Positions 24,254 through 25,249 of a stretch of 25,249 bases of DNA are shown here, piece by piece (position 1 is the first letter of the stretch; every line of letters begins with the position of its first letter). Made by a program: the position numbers and the translations under genes. Below the pieces are notes generated by a model. That model was given only the letters and a program-made list of their open reading frames with translations. It was not told where the DNA came from and did no database searches. Origin of the DNA: a virus (taxonomy: Duplodnaviria; Caudoviricetes); the IMG/VR virus record IMGVR_UViG_3300030060_002637, positions 1 to 25,249 of that record. The stretch is one strand, 5' to 3'.

Positions 24254-24549
24254 TATCTTTTTTTAGTTTTTTTTCTCTTCTTTTGCATGATAGCACCACA
24301 TCCTTTTGCTATACCACCTTGTTTGTAGCTTGAAATTTTTTTCCTATCTTGAGAAACTTTATTAAAATCTATTATTTCTCCACCCATAGCTTTTGGTTTG
24401 GGTCCTCTAAAATCTTTTCTCTTTACACCGCTTGGATCTTTAATTTTACCAGCACAGATTTTAGAAGCATACGCATTTGCATAAGCTGACGGATAAACTT
24501 TAAACTTTCGTTTAGCTGCCGCTTTTCCTCTTGGACATAATTTAGTCAT
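24253..24549 (-). CDS. Basic conserved hypothetical protein (YPSAYA type), 98 aa
   Basis: LCPRGKAAAKRKFKVYPSAYAN..ASKIC; C-terminal GGIAKGCGAIM..KRK; ATGA coupling. Confidence 0.8.
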   Translation of the reverse strand: MTKLCPRGKAAAKRKFKVYPSAYANAYASKICAGKIKDPSGVKRKDFRGPKPKAMGGEIIDFNKVSQDRKKISSYKQGGIAKGCGAIMQKKRKKTKKR

Positions 24550-24677
24550 CCTTGACCTCTGTACTTTCTAAACTGTCTTCGTTTATGTTTATTCTTTGGC
24601 CTACTGCGTGAAGAACGCCCTATACTAGTTCTTTTTTTGACTGGTGTAAAGTATTCGTTGGTAGGTGGTTTAGCCAT
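24546..24677 (-). CDS. Basic 43-aa peptide ending KYRGQG (not in ORF track)
   Basis: MAKPPTNEYFTPVKKRTSIGRSSRSRPKNKHKRRQFRKYRGQG; TAATG overlap upstream and ATGA overlap downstream fill the gap exactly. Confidence 0.82.
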   Translation of the reverse strand: MAKPPTNEYFTPVKKRTSIGRSSRSRPKNKHKRRQFRKYRGQG

Positions 24678-25222
24678 TACATTTGTGATAAAGGGTTTTC
24701 TAATGCTAGTTTTATTCGTTTCTCTATCTTTTCTTCTAGCTCAGTCATGGCTTGCTCCAACTTATCCGTTAATAATTCCATGTCTTCCTGAATGTCCTTC
24801 GTGGTATCTCTTAACTCCTGGTTGGTTTCTCTCGAATCTTCTTTGACTAATTGCTCAACATCATTGACTATTTTTTCTACCCGTCTTACATCTTGTCGAA
24901 GATCATTCTTCAACTCGTTAGCCACATCACTTACCAATCTAATTTCTGACATAATCATTTCCATCTCTTGCATAATCATGTTGACTTCTGTTTGTATGAG
25001 ATCTGTTTTGCTACTTAACTCTTCTTTTGTTAAATCTATTCTTTTATCAAAGCCAGATAGGTCTGGTGCAACGTATTCTTGTATTTGTTCTTTCATCGTG
25101 AGATAGTCTTTGTAAAATTCAAAGCCACCCCACAGTCCACCACCTAGTGTTGTTAAAGCTGTGATAATAACAAAGATCTTCCCGCCTTTGAACTTCAAAC
25201 CCGCAAATTCTACTTCTGCCAT
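24677..25222 (-). CDS. Membrane-anchored acidic coiled-coil protein, 181 aa
   Basis: One N-terminal hydrophobic segment (IFVIITALTTLGGGLWGGF) followed by a long heptad-like acidic helix. Confidence 0.8.
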   Translation of the reverse strand: MAEVEFAGLKFKGGKIFVIITALTTLGGGLWGGFEFYKDYLTMKEQIQEYVAPDLSGFDKRIDLTKEELSSKTDLIQTEVNMIMQEMEMIMSEIRLVSDVANELKNDLRQDVRRVEKIVNDVEQLVKEDSRETNQELRDTTKDIQEDMELLTDKLEQAMTELEEKIEKRIKLALENPLSQM

Positions 25223-25249
25223 TGTAACTCTATCATATCATTCATCATG
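25210..25249 (-). CDS. 3' end of an upstream gene (...MMNDMIELQWQK*)
   Basis: Open frame from the window edge to TAG at 25212-25210, overlapping the next start as elsewhere in the operon; only 13 codons visible. Confidence 0.45.
   Translation of the reverse strand, partial: MMNDMIELQWQK

Larger units (their letters stand above)
1..25249 (-). mobile_element. Tailed-phage (podovirus-like, HTVC010P/pelagiphage-type) structural gene module
   Basis: Dense co-oriented coupled genes for adaptor, nozzle, fibre and internal-virion-like proteins, no cellular housekeeping genes, AT-rich codon usage. Taxonomic assignment is from recalled family resemblance only. Confidence 0.88.

Noticed and set aside
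24677-25222. Spanin or holin call for the TM coiled-coil protein
   Set aside because: Topology is compatible with an i-spanin, but no endolysin or lipoprotein partner is visible in the window.
1-25249. CRISPR array, tRNA, intron, strong rho-independent terminator or stop-codon reassignment
   Set aside because: Intergenic gaps are under about 100 bp with no such structures seen by eye; genes read through in the standard code and TAA, TAG and TGA all act as stops at coupled junctions.

Overview
AT-rich segment of a tailed-phage genome holding the virion-morphogenesis module, almost all on the minus strand and tightly coupled by TAATG/ATGA overlaps. Gene content and order resemble marine Pelagibacter podoviruses of the HTVC010P type; this comes from recalled family resemblance, not a search. 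In transcription order (right to left): a membrane-anchored coiled-coil protein, a cluster of small Lys/Arg-rich proteins and a DUF1415-like gene, two paralogous neck/adaptor proteins, fibre-base proteins, four paralogous glycine-rich fibre/adhesin genes interleaved with three 2OG-Fe(II) oxygenase-like genes, a structural protein with an inserted cupredoxin-like domain, a short fibre with a Gly-rich tip, the nozzle-like protein, a two-gene plus-strand insert, and the internal-virion (ejection) genes behind their own sigma70-type promoter. The last and largest internal-virion gene has a +1 frame break near 2040. Three complete small genes (6430..6585, 7185..7352, 24546..24677), the open frame 1..2039 and a gene end at 25210..25249 are missing from the ORF track. 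I saw no tRNA, rRNA, CRISPR array, integrase or reverse transcriptase.
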